Shown: piece by piece, positions 18,070 to 25,795 of the stretch
How the letters are laid out: every line of letters starts with the position of its first letter
Numbering within the stretch: position 1 is the first letter of the stretch
Translations under genes and position numbers: made by a program
The notes under the pieces: generated by a model
What the model saw: only the letters and a program-made list of their open reading frames with translations
Database searches by the model: none
What the model was told of the DNA's origin: nothing
Source of the DNA: Gammaproteobacteria bacterium
Lineage (GTDB): Bacteria > Pseudomonadota > Gammaproteobacteria > S012-40
Direction of reading: 5' to 3'
Length of the DNA: 41,012 bases
NCBI GenBank assembly: GCA_015491615.1
Contig: WFVN01000011.1
Coordinates: 1 to 41,012, forward strand

Positions 18070-19020
18070 GTGGCATTCAGAGAATATAAAATCGGGGTGC
18101 GAATGTTCGCATTCGCCCTCGGCAGCTCCATGATCATCACTCTCTATTTCCCGAGTGTAGACATGGCATCCGTGCAGGCGACCGAATACGCCCTGAAACG
18201 GCAATTGGCCTATGGTCGCATCGGTGGGTTCAGCTATGAAGATCCCCTCTTAAAGGGCTGGGGCAAGCCGGTCACTGTCACTCTGGACAAGGATCCGGTG
18301 ACGGGCAAGCCCATTGAGCCGACGGAGGCATATGTTTATCCCCCTGGGACGCCATTCCCCAGCGGTATTACTCATCCCCGTATCCTGGGTGAGGGTGTGG
18401 AGGACTTGAGTGTTTCGGTGGGACGGATCAGCGAGGCCAACAAGGAGAATGGCGCCGTATTCATCATCCGCGAAGGTGAGTTCCAGGGGCAGACGGTTGC
18501 GTACATTGAGAACGCAACGGCCACTCGCGGTTGGCAGGCGCAAACCACTTTGGCCGCTGTCTCCGATGATGCGCGTCAATATGTCGGGTCGGGCAAGATC
18601 ATGTTTGTCCGCGAAGGTTGTTGGTGGTGCCATACCTTGTTGCCGGAACAAACGCAGGACTGGCAGTATTTCGGTGCGCCACCGATGTTAGGTGACTTCA
18701 ACGGCGAGTCGCCGACCGCCTTCGGCTCTGACCGTAAGGCGCCCGATCTGCTGCATGTGGCTTCCCGCAACTCCTCGCGGGAATGGATGAAGTTACATTT
18801 CTTCAATCCTCGACTCGTCCAGCCGCACTCCATCATGCCCCGCTACGATTATCTCTGGGGTGAGGTGGATGCCGAAGGAAATAAGATCGACTACGACCGG
18901 TGGCGCGCGGAGTACGATGAGTATGTGGAAGGGAAGCGGGTCTATCCGCCCGAAGTGCCCGAGCCGCATCCCGATAGTGAGGCTCGGAAGCTCATTGATT
19001 TCATGATGTTCTTGAAATAA
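18070..19020 (+). CDS. ccoO: CcoO-like membrane-anchored monoheme cytochrome c subunit with a ~115-aa insertion
   Basis: The GTG start lies 8-9 nt after SD GAAGGGAGGA. An N-terminal TM helix is followed by REGCWWCH (Cys184-His188 by my count). The remainder follows the CcoO pattern: GSDRKAPDL, SREWMKLHFFNPR and SIMPRYDYL (Met ligand context). Confidence 0.85.
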   Translation: MAFREYKIGVRMFAFALGSSMIITLYFPSVDMASVQATEYALKRQLAYGRIGGFSYEDPLLKGWGKPVTVTLDKDPVTGKPIEPTEAYVYPPGTPFPSGITHPRILGEGVEDLSVSVGRISEANKENGAVFIIREGEFQGQTVAYIENATATRGWQAQTTLAAVSDDARQYVGSGKIMFVREGCWWCHTLLPEQTQDWQYFGAPPMLGDFNGESPTAFGSDRKAPDLLHVASRNSSREWMKLHFFNPRLVQPHSIMPRYDYLWGEVDAEGNKIDYDRWRAEYDEYVEGKRVYPPEVPEPHPDSEARKLIDFMMFLK

Positions 19021-19035
19021 GGGGGGATACAGCAG

Positions 19036-19668
19036 ATGGCCTGGAAATTTGACAACCCGCTTTATACGCTCACGGACGAGCAAGAGAACGAAAGAGCGAA
19101 ACAGCTCTGGGATTCTGAACCGCTGGGCGGCATCACGGAAGACAACAATCGTCTCCCAGTGCCAGTGGTTGGCTTGCTGGCATTGACGATCATCACGGCT
19201 TTCATGATCACCTTCCCGCTTTGGGGACACCGTCCAACGGCTGCGATTTATGAGCCGTATCTTGAGCTCATGGACACGCCGGAGATTCAGGCGTTGCCTA
19301 ATGATGAGGAACGGATGAAGCGGATGGAGAATATCGTCTTCTCCGACAAGAAATATGCTGATCTCATCCCTCATCTTGAGCGGCATCCAGTGGAAATGGA
19401 CGACCTGCGGATGATCAAGCCCCAGGTGCTCGAGCTCAAGCGGCAGGGTGAGCCTTTGGATTGGTACTTCGTGGTTGGAAACAAAGTGGTACTCGCCAAC
19501 TTCGAGGGTAATCTCTTGCCGGATGGTCGACGCGAACGTAAGCAGCCGTGGTGGGACATTGGTTATACGATCGACGTGTTCTATATCCTGGCTTTCTGCT
19601 TGGGTGTCATGATTGCCGTGAAGCGTTTGCCTCCATACACTTGGCAACCGACCCACAACGGTCATTGA
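19036..19668 (+). CDS. Heme-less FixP_N-like (CcoP N-terminal anchor-like) membrane protein
   Basis: It occupies the ccoP position. GGITEDNNRLPVPVVGLLALTIITAFMITFPLWGHRP resembles the CcoP N-terminal domain (DGI.E.NNPLP.WW + TM). There is only one Cys, no CxxCH, and a second TM helix near the C-terminus. Confidence 0.65.
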   Translation: MAWKFDNPLYTLTDEQENERAKQLWDSEPLGGITEDNNRLPVPVVGLLALTIITAFMITFPLWGHRPTAAIYEPYLELMDTPEIQALPNDEERMKRMENIVFSDKKYADLIPHLERHPVEMDDLRMIKPQVLELKRQGEPLDWYFVVGNKVVLANFEGNLLPDGRRERKQPWWDIGYTIDVFYILAFCLGVMIAVKRLPPYTWQPTHNGH

Positions 19669-19685
19669 AAGAGGAGGAAAATCGA

Positions 19686-19820
19686 ATGATCGATATCGAC
19701 AATGGACCACTCGTCCTATTGGGGATTATCTTATTCGTTTACGTTGCGCCGTTCATTTACAGTTTCTTTGTGGATGAATACGACAAAACTAATCCACCGA
19801 CGGACGAATATTCCAAGTAA
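19686..19820 (+). CDS. Candidate 44-aa single-TM micro-protein, last gene of the oxidase operon
   Basis: SD AAGAGGAGGAAAA ends about 5 nt before the ATG at 19686. The product is MIDIDNGPLVLLGIILFVYVAPFIYSFFVDEYDKTNPPTDEYSK. A strong terminator follows. Confidence 0.5.
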   Translation: MIDIDNGPLVLLGIILFVYVAPFIYSFFVDEYDKTNPPTDEYSK

Positions 19821-19841
19821 TTATTTATTGAGGTAAATGGG

Positions 19842-19874
19842 GGCCGCCGCATGTTTTCCATGCGGCGGCCTTTT
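19842..19874 (+). terminator. Rho-independent terminator ending the CcoN/CcoO operon
   Basis: GGCCGCCGCATG (19842-19853) pairs perfectly with CATGCGGCGGCC (19859-19870) around a 5-nt loop, followed by TTTT. Confidence 0.85.
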
Positions 19875-19937
19875 ACTTGAGTACGCATTCAATGCACGAA
19901 TCGAGAACTAATTTTGCGATCAGAGGTCCCTTTCTTT

Positions 19938-20192
19938 ATGGATGATGGCAAAACCGGTATCGAACAGATTACGGGAATAGAGGGTCCATTCAGCCAACAA
20001 TTCAGCGAATGGATGTTTTATTTTCTGGTTTTCACCATTCTGATCTTTATTGGCATAGCAATATCATTTTTGATATTCAGCAGAAAGAAGCTCAAGCGAG
20101 GTGAAATCATCCTGTTTCTGTGGATTGGACTTGGGGTGATCGGTGCGGCTGTATTTGGTGCTATTCAAATGTTGCATGGTTATTTGTTCTAA
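19938..20192 (+). CDS. Small two-TM membrane protein (84 aa)
   Basis: The ATG at 19938 is in frame within track ORF 19914..20192, whose TTG start is less likely. The hydrophobic helices are WMFYFLVFTILIFIGIAISFLIF and IILFLWIGLGVIGAAVFGAIQML. Confidence 0.5.
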   Translation: MDDGKTGIEQITGIEGPFSQQFSEWMFYFLVFTILIFIGIAISFLIFSRKKLKRGEIILFLWIGLGVIGAAVFGAIQMLHGYLF

Positions 20193-20219
20193 TCCTCAAC
20201 GATAGCGAGGGCGAAGACG

Positions 20220-20504
20220 GTGAACGAGACGATTCAATCCCTACCAGATGGCTGGACGATTTATATTTGGTTGGTCACGGGTGTTTTGATCATTATCGGC
20301 GTAATTGTGGCGATTCGTTGGGCGGCGAAGAATGATCAGTTTGATGAGGACATTAAATACCTTGTGTTCGATGAAAATGATCGGGACAAGATGGACCCTG
20401 AAGAATTCAAGAAGGCCCAACTCGTCCTCAAGGAGCAAATCAAGAAGCGCGAAGAAAAACTACGGGAGGAAATGGCCCGGAAGATGAAAAAAGGGCATCG
20501 TTGA
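20220..20504 (+). CDS. ccoS: CcoS/FixS-like cbb3 oxidase maturation protein with an extended charged C-terminal tail
   Basis: A single TM helix is followed by IRWAAKNDQFDEDIKYLVFDENDRD. This matches the CcoS signature as I recall it (W..KSGQFDDLE......LFDDD). The start is GTG. The ~45-aa Lys/Glu-rich tail is absent from the ~50-60-aa canonical CcoS. Confidence 0.65.
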   Translation: MNETIQSLPDGWTIYIWLVTGVLIIIGVIVAIRWAAKNDQFDEDIKYLVFDENDRDKMDPEEFKKAQLVLKEQIKKREEKLREEMARKMKKGHR

Positions 20505-20532
20505 AGATCTTTTTTCGGACTGGACGAGTGGA

Positions 20533-21009
20533 ATGAGAAAAGGTGAGAAGGGCATTCTTATTGGGATCGCTTTGTTCGTCGCTCTGGGGGCGGGATGGAA
20601 GGCGTTGCAGTTAAGAGACATGGACGAGACTGATTATAGGATTCCATTTTACAGTGAAGCGGATCCAGAAACCGTTGAAAGAGCAGGTTATTTGATCAAG
20701 AAATATGATTGCAAGGATTGCCATACGCTTTGGGGTACAAGAAACGTGATGCAATCTGTACCTGCGCCCCCCTTGGATGGCATCGGGTCGCTCAAAACGG
20801 AAGAGTGGTTGTATCGCTATCTATCAGCGGAGAATCCCCAGACAATCTTGCCGTCGAGATTGAAACCCGAGTATCGAATGCCTTCTTTCAAAGATATGCC
20901 GGAAGAAGATCGCCGTGTGTTGGCCAAATATTTAGCAAGCCTCAAGGTGGAAGACTGGTATTTGGAAGAAGTCAAAAAGAAAGAGCGTGAAATGCTTTAT
21001 GGGGAATGA
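20533..21009 (+). CDS. Membrane-anchored monoheme cytochrome c (paralogue of 13802..14359)
   Basis: An N-terminal TM helix (ILIGIALFVALGAGW) and a single CKDCH. LDGIGSLKTEEWLYRYLSAEN matches LDGIGSRKNVDWLYGFLSEPE of the other gene at 12/21 positions by hand count. Confidence 0.8.
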   Translation: MRKGEKGILIGIALFVALGAGWKALQLRDMDETDYRIPFYSEADPETVERAGYLIKKYDCKDCHTLWGTRNVMQSVPAPPLDGIGSLKTEEWLYRYLSAENPQTILPSRLKPEYRMPSFKDMPEEDRRVLAKYLASLKVEDWYLEEVKKKEREMLYGE

Positions 21010-21027
21010 CCTATCCGTGGGGGTCGA

Positions 21028-21498
21028 TTGAAGATGCGGCGTCGAGGCTGGGATTATTGGTGGAGACGTTCGTTGACCGGGGTGGTCGCCCTGGGGCTTG
21101 GTTGTTTGGTGGTATTTCTTGGTAATAAGATCCTAGGACAGCGCTTGGAATTATTCTATGGCTTAGAGACCTTTAATCCTGTTTGGTTCCTACAGGTGTT
21201 CATCGTACCGGCGCTTGCTGGGATTGTAGTGTCTTTCATCTATGGTTTGGGTGGTAAATGGCATGCCTATTTTCCTCCTTTGATCGTAGGTATATTTCAA
21301 TATTATGAATCGGCCAATTGGTTGCCACTGCCTGAAGGGGCGCAATTGATGCCCATGGGATGGTGGGGATTCATCATGATTTTGGCCATGGAGTCGGGTG
21401 GGATCGGTGGTGTGCTGGGTGAGGTCTTGAACAAGAGGATTTACGGTAGAACCCCTAAACATTTGTTGTACAAGAGTGATTCAAACTCCAACCGTTGA
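21028..21498 (+). CDS. Four-TM membrane protein of unknown function
   Basis: The start is TTG at 21028 or ATG at 21034. Four hydrophobic segments are present. I recognised no motif. Confidence 0.55.
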   Translation: MKMRRRGWDYWWRRSLTGVVALGLGCLVVFLGNKILGQRLELFYGLETFNPVWFLQVFIVPALAGIVVSFIYGLGGKWHAYFPPLIVGIFQYYESANWLPLPEGAQLMPMGWWGFIMILAMESGGIGGVLGEVLNKRIYGRTPKHLLYKSDSNSNR

Positions 21499-21519
21499 CA
21501 GAACATTCTGTGCATTATT

Positions 21520-22593
21520 GTGGTATCCATGCGAAATCCCCACAGAAAGCTCTCACCCGAACAAAAGGCGCTGAGGAAGCGTTTTTTGTATGCCACGTTA
21601 GTGACATCCGTGGCACTTGCCATGATCGGCGGTAGTTGGCATGTCATTGAATTGGGTGCCATTCGCATGGAGGAGATGCGGGCGCGTGCCACCTATGATT
21701 TGTCGGAAATGGATAAGAAGTTACGCGCGGCGGGTGAAGATATCATTCGCCATGCGATGCATGAGAAAGGGCTGGTACGATTCGATTACGAACTGATAGA
21801 AATCGAGTCTTTACTCACCCATGAACAGTGGGCAGAGTTGGAGCGGATGATTTTGATTCCGGAGGGCGAGTTCATTGCTGGTACGGATCTGAAATCGGCC
21901 GATCCACAGGACAAACCGGCTCATTCTGTTTATTTGCCCGATTATATGATCGACAAATATCCTGTGACTGTGGCTCAGTATGCCCGTTTCGTGGCTGCGA
22001 CGGGTCATCGCCCTCCCTTGGATTGGGAAAATGGGCGTTTTCCTAAAAACAAGTTATTCCATCCGGTGACCATGGTGGGTTGGTTCGATGCCCGAGACTA
22101 CTGTGCCTGGGCGGGGAAGCGATTGCCGACGGAATACGAGTGGGAAAAAGCCGCGCGCGGGACGGATGGCAGGCGCTGGCCATGGGGCAATCATATGGAT
22201 CCTCAGCGTTTGAACACCTATTACAGCGTCGGTTCGACCACCGATGTGACGGCGTTTCCCGATGGAGTGAGTCCTTACGGTGTCTATGACATGGCAGGTA
22301 ACGTCTTTGAATGGACGGCCTCCGATTTCAAGCCTTATCCGGGCTCGGATGCTCCGAGAATCCTGTTTCAGGTGAAAGTGCCCGTGGTACGGTCAGCAAA
22401 GGACAAGGCGCAAGGAGTTGCTGACTTGGAATTTGTCGAAGGTGTCTATTACAAGGTTTTGCGAGGTGGATCATGGAAGAGTGATCCGTTTTCTACGTCC
22501 GCATATCATCGGAATTATGCGCTGGCGAGAAACGCTTCCGATTTTTTTGGTTTCAGGTGTGCGGCGGATGTCGAAGGGGGTGATAAAAAATGA
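21520..22593 (+). CDS. Membrane-anchored FGE-sulfatase (SUMF1/formylglycine-generating-enzyme-like) domain protein
   Basis: An N-terminal TM helix (LYATLVTSVALAMIGGSW) is followed by the FGE-fold pattern: IPEGEFIAGT, H.V.L..Y.IDKYPVT..QY..F, HPV..V.W.DA..YC.WAGKRLPTE.EWEKAARG, WPWGN, G.YDM.GNV.EW, LRGGSW and GFRCA. The start is GTG at 21520 or ATG at 21529. Confidence 0.8.
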   Translation: MVSMRNPHRKLSPEQKALRKRFLYATLVTSVALAMIGGSWHVIELGAIRMEEMRARATYDLSEMDKKLRAAGEDIIRHAMHEKGLVRFDYELIEIESLLTHEQWAELERMILIPEGEFIAGTDLKSADPQDKPAHSVYLPDYMIDKYPVTVAQYARFVAATGHRPPLDWENGRFPKNKLFHPVTMVGWFDARDYCAWAGKRLPTEYEWEKAARGTDGRRWPWGNHMDPQRLNTYYSVGSTTDVTAFPDGVSPYGVYDMAGNVFEWTASDFKPYPGSDAPRILFQVKVPVVRSAKDKAQGVADLEFVEGVYYKVLRGGSWKSDPFSTSAYHRNYALARNASDFFGFRCAADVEGGDKK

Positions 22594-22817
22594 ACGGTCG
22601 TTCGCTGGCCCTGTTGTGTTTGTTGTTGTCGTTCGTGTCGCCGGTCTATGCGGTGGATAGTTATCGCTATTTGCGAGTGACCATCGATACGCCGTGGATG
22701 ATTTTCTTGGGTTTGGCGACGGTCGTCATGTTACCTTTTATTCTCCTCATGATCTTGTATTGGTATTTCGCGGTGAAGAAAAAACCTGGTGAGGAGTCTA
22801 CCGGCGGTGAAGGTTGA
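22590..22817 (+). CDS. Small secreted/membrane protein (75 aa; signal peptide plus one TM helix)
   Basis: The ATG overlaps the preceding stop (ATGA). It has the signal peptide LALLCLLLSFVSPVYA and the TM helix IFLGLATVVMLPFILLMILYWYF. Confidence 0.5.
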   Translation: MNGRSLALLCLLLSFVSPVYAVDSYRYLRVTIDTPWMIFLGLATVVMLPFILLMILYWYFAVKKKPGEESTGGEG

Positions 22818-22818
22818 G

Positions 22819-23166
22819 ATGGGGCGCTGGTTGCTCGCTTGCGTGGTGTGCTGGGCGTTTGTCAGTAATTCGGTTTGGGCCGATGAGGTGGCGAGCGGCG
22901 AGGGGGGTGAATCGTTGCATGTCATCAAGCCCTTCGTGGAGCAGGAGATCGACCGTGAGATGTTCACGGAGGAAGAAAAACATCAGATCCTGTTCTACAT
23001 GGGTGTGATCTTGTTGTTGTTGTTGATCGCCACCGTCGCTTTCGGGATAGGAATGGTGTTGTTCGATAAACCTTGGTTCGTGGGCCACATGGTGTCCGCT
23101 GGTCTGACCGTGACTCTTGCCGTCGCCCATGCGGTCGCGGCGGTGGTGTGGTTCTTCCCCTTCTGA
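22819..23166 (+). CDS. Small membrane protein (115 aa; signal peptide plus two TM helices)
   Basis: The ATG lies 1 nt after the preceding stop. It has the signal peptide WLLACVVCWAFVSNSVWA and two TM helices containing His residues (FVGHMVSAGLTVTLAVAHAVAAVVWF). Confidence 0.5.
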   Translation: MGRWLLACVVCWAFVSNSVWADEVASGEGGESLHVIKPFVEQEIDREMFTEEEKHQILFYMGVILLLLLIATVAFGIGMVLFDKPWFVGHMVSAGLTVTLAVAHAVAAVVWFFPF

Positions 23167-25790
23167 TGCGTTCCGACCCTGCCCCTTCGCGCGGGTCGTC
23201 TTACCTGCTCTTCGCTTATTTTCTCTCTGGCTCGGCAGCTCTGGGATATCAGATTCTTTGGGCCCGTTGGTTGAGTCTTCAATTCGGGGTGAGCAACCTC
23301 GGTGTGTTGTTGGCCGTGGTGGCTTTCCTGTTGGGTCTGGGTCTGGGTAGTGCTTGGGGGCTGCGGCGCATCTGGGACCCTCGGTCCGGTTTGAGAGCGT
23401 TCGTTTTCGTCGAATTGGGTGTTGCCGCTTACATGTTGATGGCTCCGATGGTTGCGGCCGGGGTTTATCCCATCATCGCCGATTTGGCGAAGGGATCGGA
23501 CTTGGGTCAATGGCTTTTCATCCAAGGGGGCGTGGCCGTGGTCATGCTCACTTTGCCGGCATTGGCCTTGGGGTATGCCTTCACGGCGTTGGTGCAGGGT
23601 TGGCGTGCTGAAGGTGCGGAATTGCACCGCCTGTATGGTTGGAACACCTTGGGCGGGGTGGTGGGTGCTTTGGCGCCTTTGATCGTCCTGCCGACTTTGG
23701 GGTGGCATGCCAGTCTTTGGGTGTTTGCCGGAATTGGGCTGATGGCCGCGGTCGTAGGGGCGTGGATGCTGCGGGGCCTGCCTTTGGGAGCGGAGCGTTC
23801 AGTGGTGTCGAGCGCAAGGGGACGGTTGGATGTGCGCCCTTTGGGGTGGTACGGCTTGGTGGGGGTGGGAGCGATCATGCTGGAGATCGCCTGGGCACGG
23901 CTGTTCGGCCTCGTCTTTCTGCGCACTGAATACGTGATGGGGGTGATTTTGGCTGTTTACTTGGCGGGCATTGGCCTTGGAAGCCTGGCCGCCATGCGAT
24001 TGCGAGGCGCGGTATGGTTGTCGGTGCTACCTCTCGGGGTGGCGGCAGCAGCGCTGGGAAGTTTGGCGTCGGTGGGGATGCTCGGTGCCTGGGTCGAGGG
24101 GCGCACGTGGTCTGGCCTGTTGCAAGCGGTGGTGGCACAGGGGGTGGTGTTGTTCGTGGTCATGGTGCCGGTGACTTTCATTCTGGGATTGTGGCTGCCC
24201 CTGTTGGCGCGTCGCATGGGTGACGATAGGCGCGCCGGTCCGGCCTTGTACGCGGCGAACAGCGTCGGTGGGGCTATTGGGGCGCTGTTGGCGGGCCTCT
24301 TGGTGGTGCCATGGGCGGGTACCACGGCGGCTGGGGTGGTGGCGGCGGGGGTGTTGTTGGCGGCTGGTCTGGCTTTGGCGCCACAGCGGTGGGCCTGGGT
24401 GGCGGCACTGCCGTTGCCAGCTTTGGCTGTACCGCTGTGGTCCATGCCCGAGCCGGCCGAGCTGTTGCCGCGCACCTACCAGGGGGCTCGGACCCTGCTG
24501 ACCTATGAGGATGCGGTGAGTATCACTCATGTGGTTTCTCAGCCTTCCGGTGAACGCTTGTTGCTGTCGGATCTTCAGCGCATGGATGCGTCCACCGAGC
24601 CCCAAGCGGTGGCTGGGCAACGCAATCAGGTGCGTTTGCCCCTGCTGTTGCATCCGGCGCCGAAACGCGTTCTGTTGCTTGGATTGGGGACGGGAATCTC
24701 CGCTTCGGCCGCCCTGGCGCTGCCCGATGTCCGGGTGACGGCGGTGGAACTCTCACGCGGGGCCATCGAGGCTGCTGATCGGTTGTTCTCCCAAGCGAAT
24801 CTAGGCGTGATGCAATACCTTCAGGTCGTGAACGATGACGTGCGCCATTTTCTCTTGGCCGACGACGATCGCTATGACGTGATCGTCGGGGATCTGTTCC
24901 ACCCGGATCTGGTCGGGCGCAGTGCCTTGTTGAGCGTGCAGCAGTTTCGCCGCGTGCGAGAACGCTTGGCTCCGGGTGGGGTGTTCGTTCAGTGGCTCAC
25001 TCTCAATCAGTTCGATACTGAGAGTCTACAGACGGTGCTGCGCTCCTTCGCCCGGGTTTTCCCCGATGGGCGCCTGTTCCTGGACGGTTTCCGCCTCGCC
25101 CTGATGGGCGGGCGCCAAGCGCCCCTCCCGGCGGTGGCGATGGCCGTGCACGAGCGGGATCTGGATCCGCGCCGCTTCGCTTTCCTCACCGGTGGCGAGG
25201 GGCGTTGGACCTGGCTGGGCCGATACTGGGGGACGGTGGCGGACCTGCCCCCGGGGCCGGTGCAGGACGAATGGGCGCCGCGCATCGAATATCAGCTCCC
25301 GCGGGCCCGTTTCGCTGGCCAAGTGGACGTGCGCGCCAACCTCGCTTGGCTGCAGGAGCGCCGACCGGGTGCGGCCCAGGCGGCCACGGCCTTGGGGGTG
25401 AAAGAGGCTTCACGATTCATGCGCGCCTATCGGGCCACCGACCTGGCATTGCGAGGGTTCCTGGCTGCCCTGTCCGAGGATCCCGCCAGCGATCGCTGGA
25501 TACGCCTCGCCTATGAGACCAACCCCGATGATCGTTGGGTCGCCACGGCCTACGCTCAGCGTTTGTTGGACACCCTGCCGCAGGCGCGCAGGCGTGGGTT
25601 GGACGAGGCCCGCGCGTTGGATCGCATTCTGGCGGTGCGTGCCGATTTTGTGCCCGCTCTCCAGCGGCGCTTGGCATTGGCCCAGGAACGGGGGGAGCGT
25701 GACCTGGTCCAATCCCTCGCTGCACGAATTCGTGTCCTCGACCCTTATGGGGCGGCCTCAAGGGCGGTTCAGGTCCCTATGCTAGACTGA
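23166..25790 (+). CDS. Fused polytopic membrane / spermidine-synthase-like (class I methyltransferase-fold aminopropyltransferase-like) protein with a helical-repeat C-terminus
   Basis: The ATG at 23166 overlaps the preceding stop (TGATG). The N-terminal ~420 aa hold many TM helices (FLSGSAALGYQILWAR...). Next comes a SpeE-like core: VLLLGLGTGISA, VTAVELS and DVIVGDLFHP. The ~200-aa C-terminus is alpha-helical and repeat-like. Confidence 0.75.
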   Translation: MRSDPAPSRGSSYLLFAYFLSGSAALGYQILWARWLSLQFGVSNLGVLLAVVAFLLGLGLGSAWGLRRIWDPRSGLRAFVFVELGVAAYMLMAPMVAAGVYPIIADLAKGSDLGQWLFIQGGVAVVMLTLPALALGYAFTALVQGWRAEGAELHRLYGWNTLGGVVGALAPLIVLPTLGWHASLWVFAGIGLMAAVVGAWMLRGLPLGAERSVVSSARGRLDVRPLGWYGLVGVGAIMLEIAWARLFGLVFLRTEYVMGVILAVYLAGIGLGSLAAMRLRGAVWLSVLPLGVAAAALGSLASVGMLGAWVEGRTWSGLLQAVVAQGVVLFVVMVPVTFILGLWLPLLARRMGDDRRAGPALYAANSVGGAIGALLAGLLVVPWAGTTAAGVVAAGVLLAAGLALAPQRWAWVAALPLPALAVPLWSMPEPAELLPRTYQGARTLLTYEDAVSITHVVSQPSGERLLLSDLQRMDASTEPQAVAGQRNQVRLPLLLHPAPKRVLLLGLGTGISASAALALPDVRVTAVELSRGAIEAADRLFSQANLGVMQYLQVVNDDVRHFLLADDDRYDVIVGDLFHPDLVGRSALLSVQQFRRVRERLAPGGVFVQWLTLNQFDTESLQTVLRSFARVFPDGRLFLDGFRLALMGGRQAPLPAVAMAVHERDLDPRRFAFLTGGEGRWTWLGRYWGTVADLPPGPVQDEWAPRIEYQLPRARFAGQVDVRANLAWLQERRPGAAQAATALGVKEASRFMRAYRATDLALRGFLAALSEDPASDRWIRLAYETNPDDRWVATAYAQRLLDTLPQARRRGLDEARALDRILAVRADFVPALQRRLALAQERGERDLVQSLAARIRVLDPYGAASRAVQVPMLD

Positions 25791-25795
25791 CGGCC

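Noticed and set aside
16162-19710. Minus-strand ORFs 16162..17100 (312 aa) and 18793..19710 (305 aa) inside the oxidase operon.
   Set aside because: They run antisense to the CcoN-like, CcoO-like and FixP_N-like genes, which have clear motifs and SD sequences. The antisense translations have no motifs and no ribosome-binding sites.
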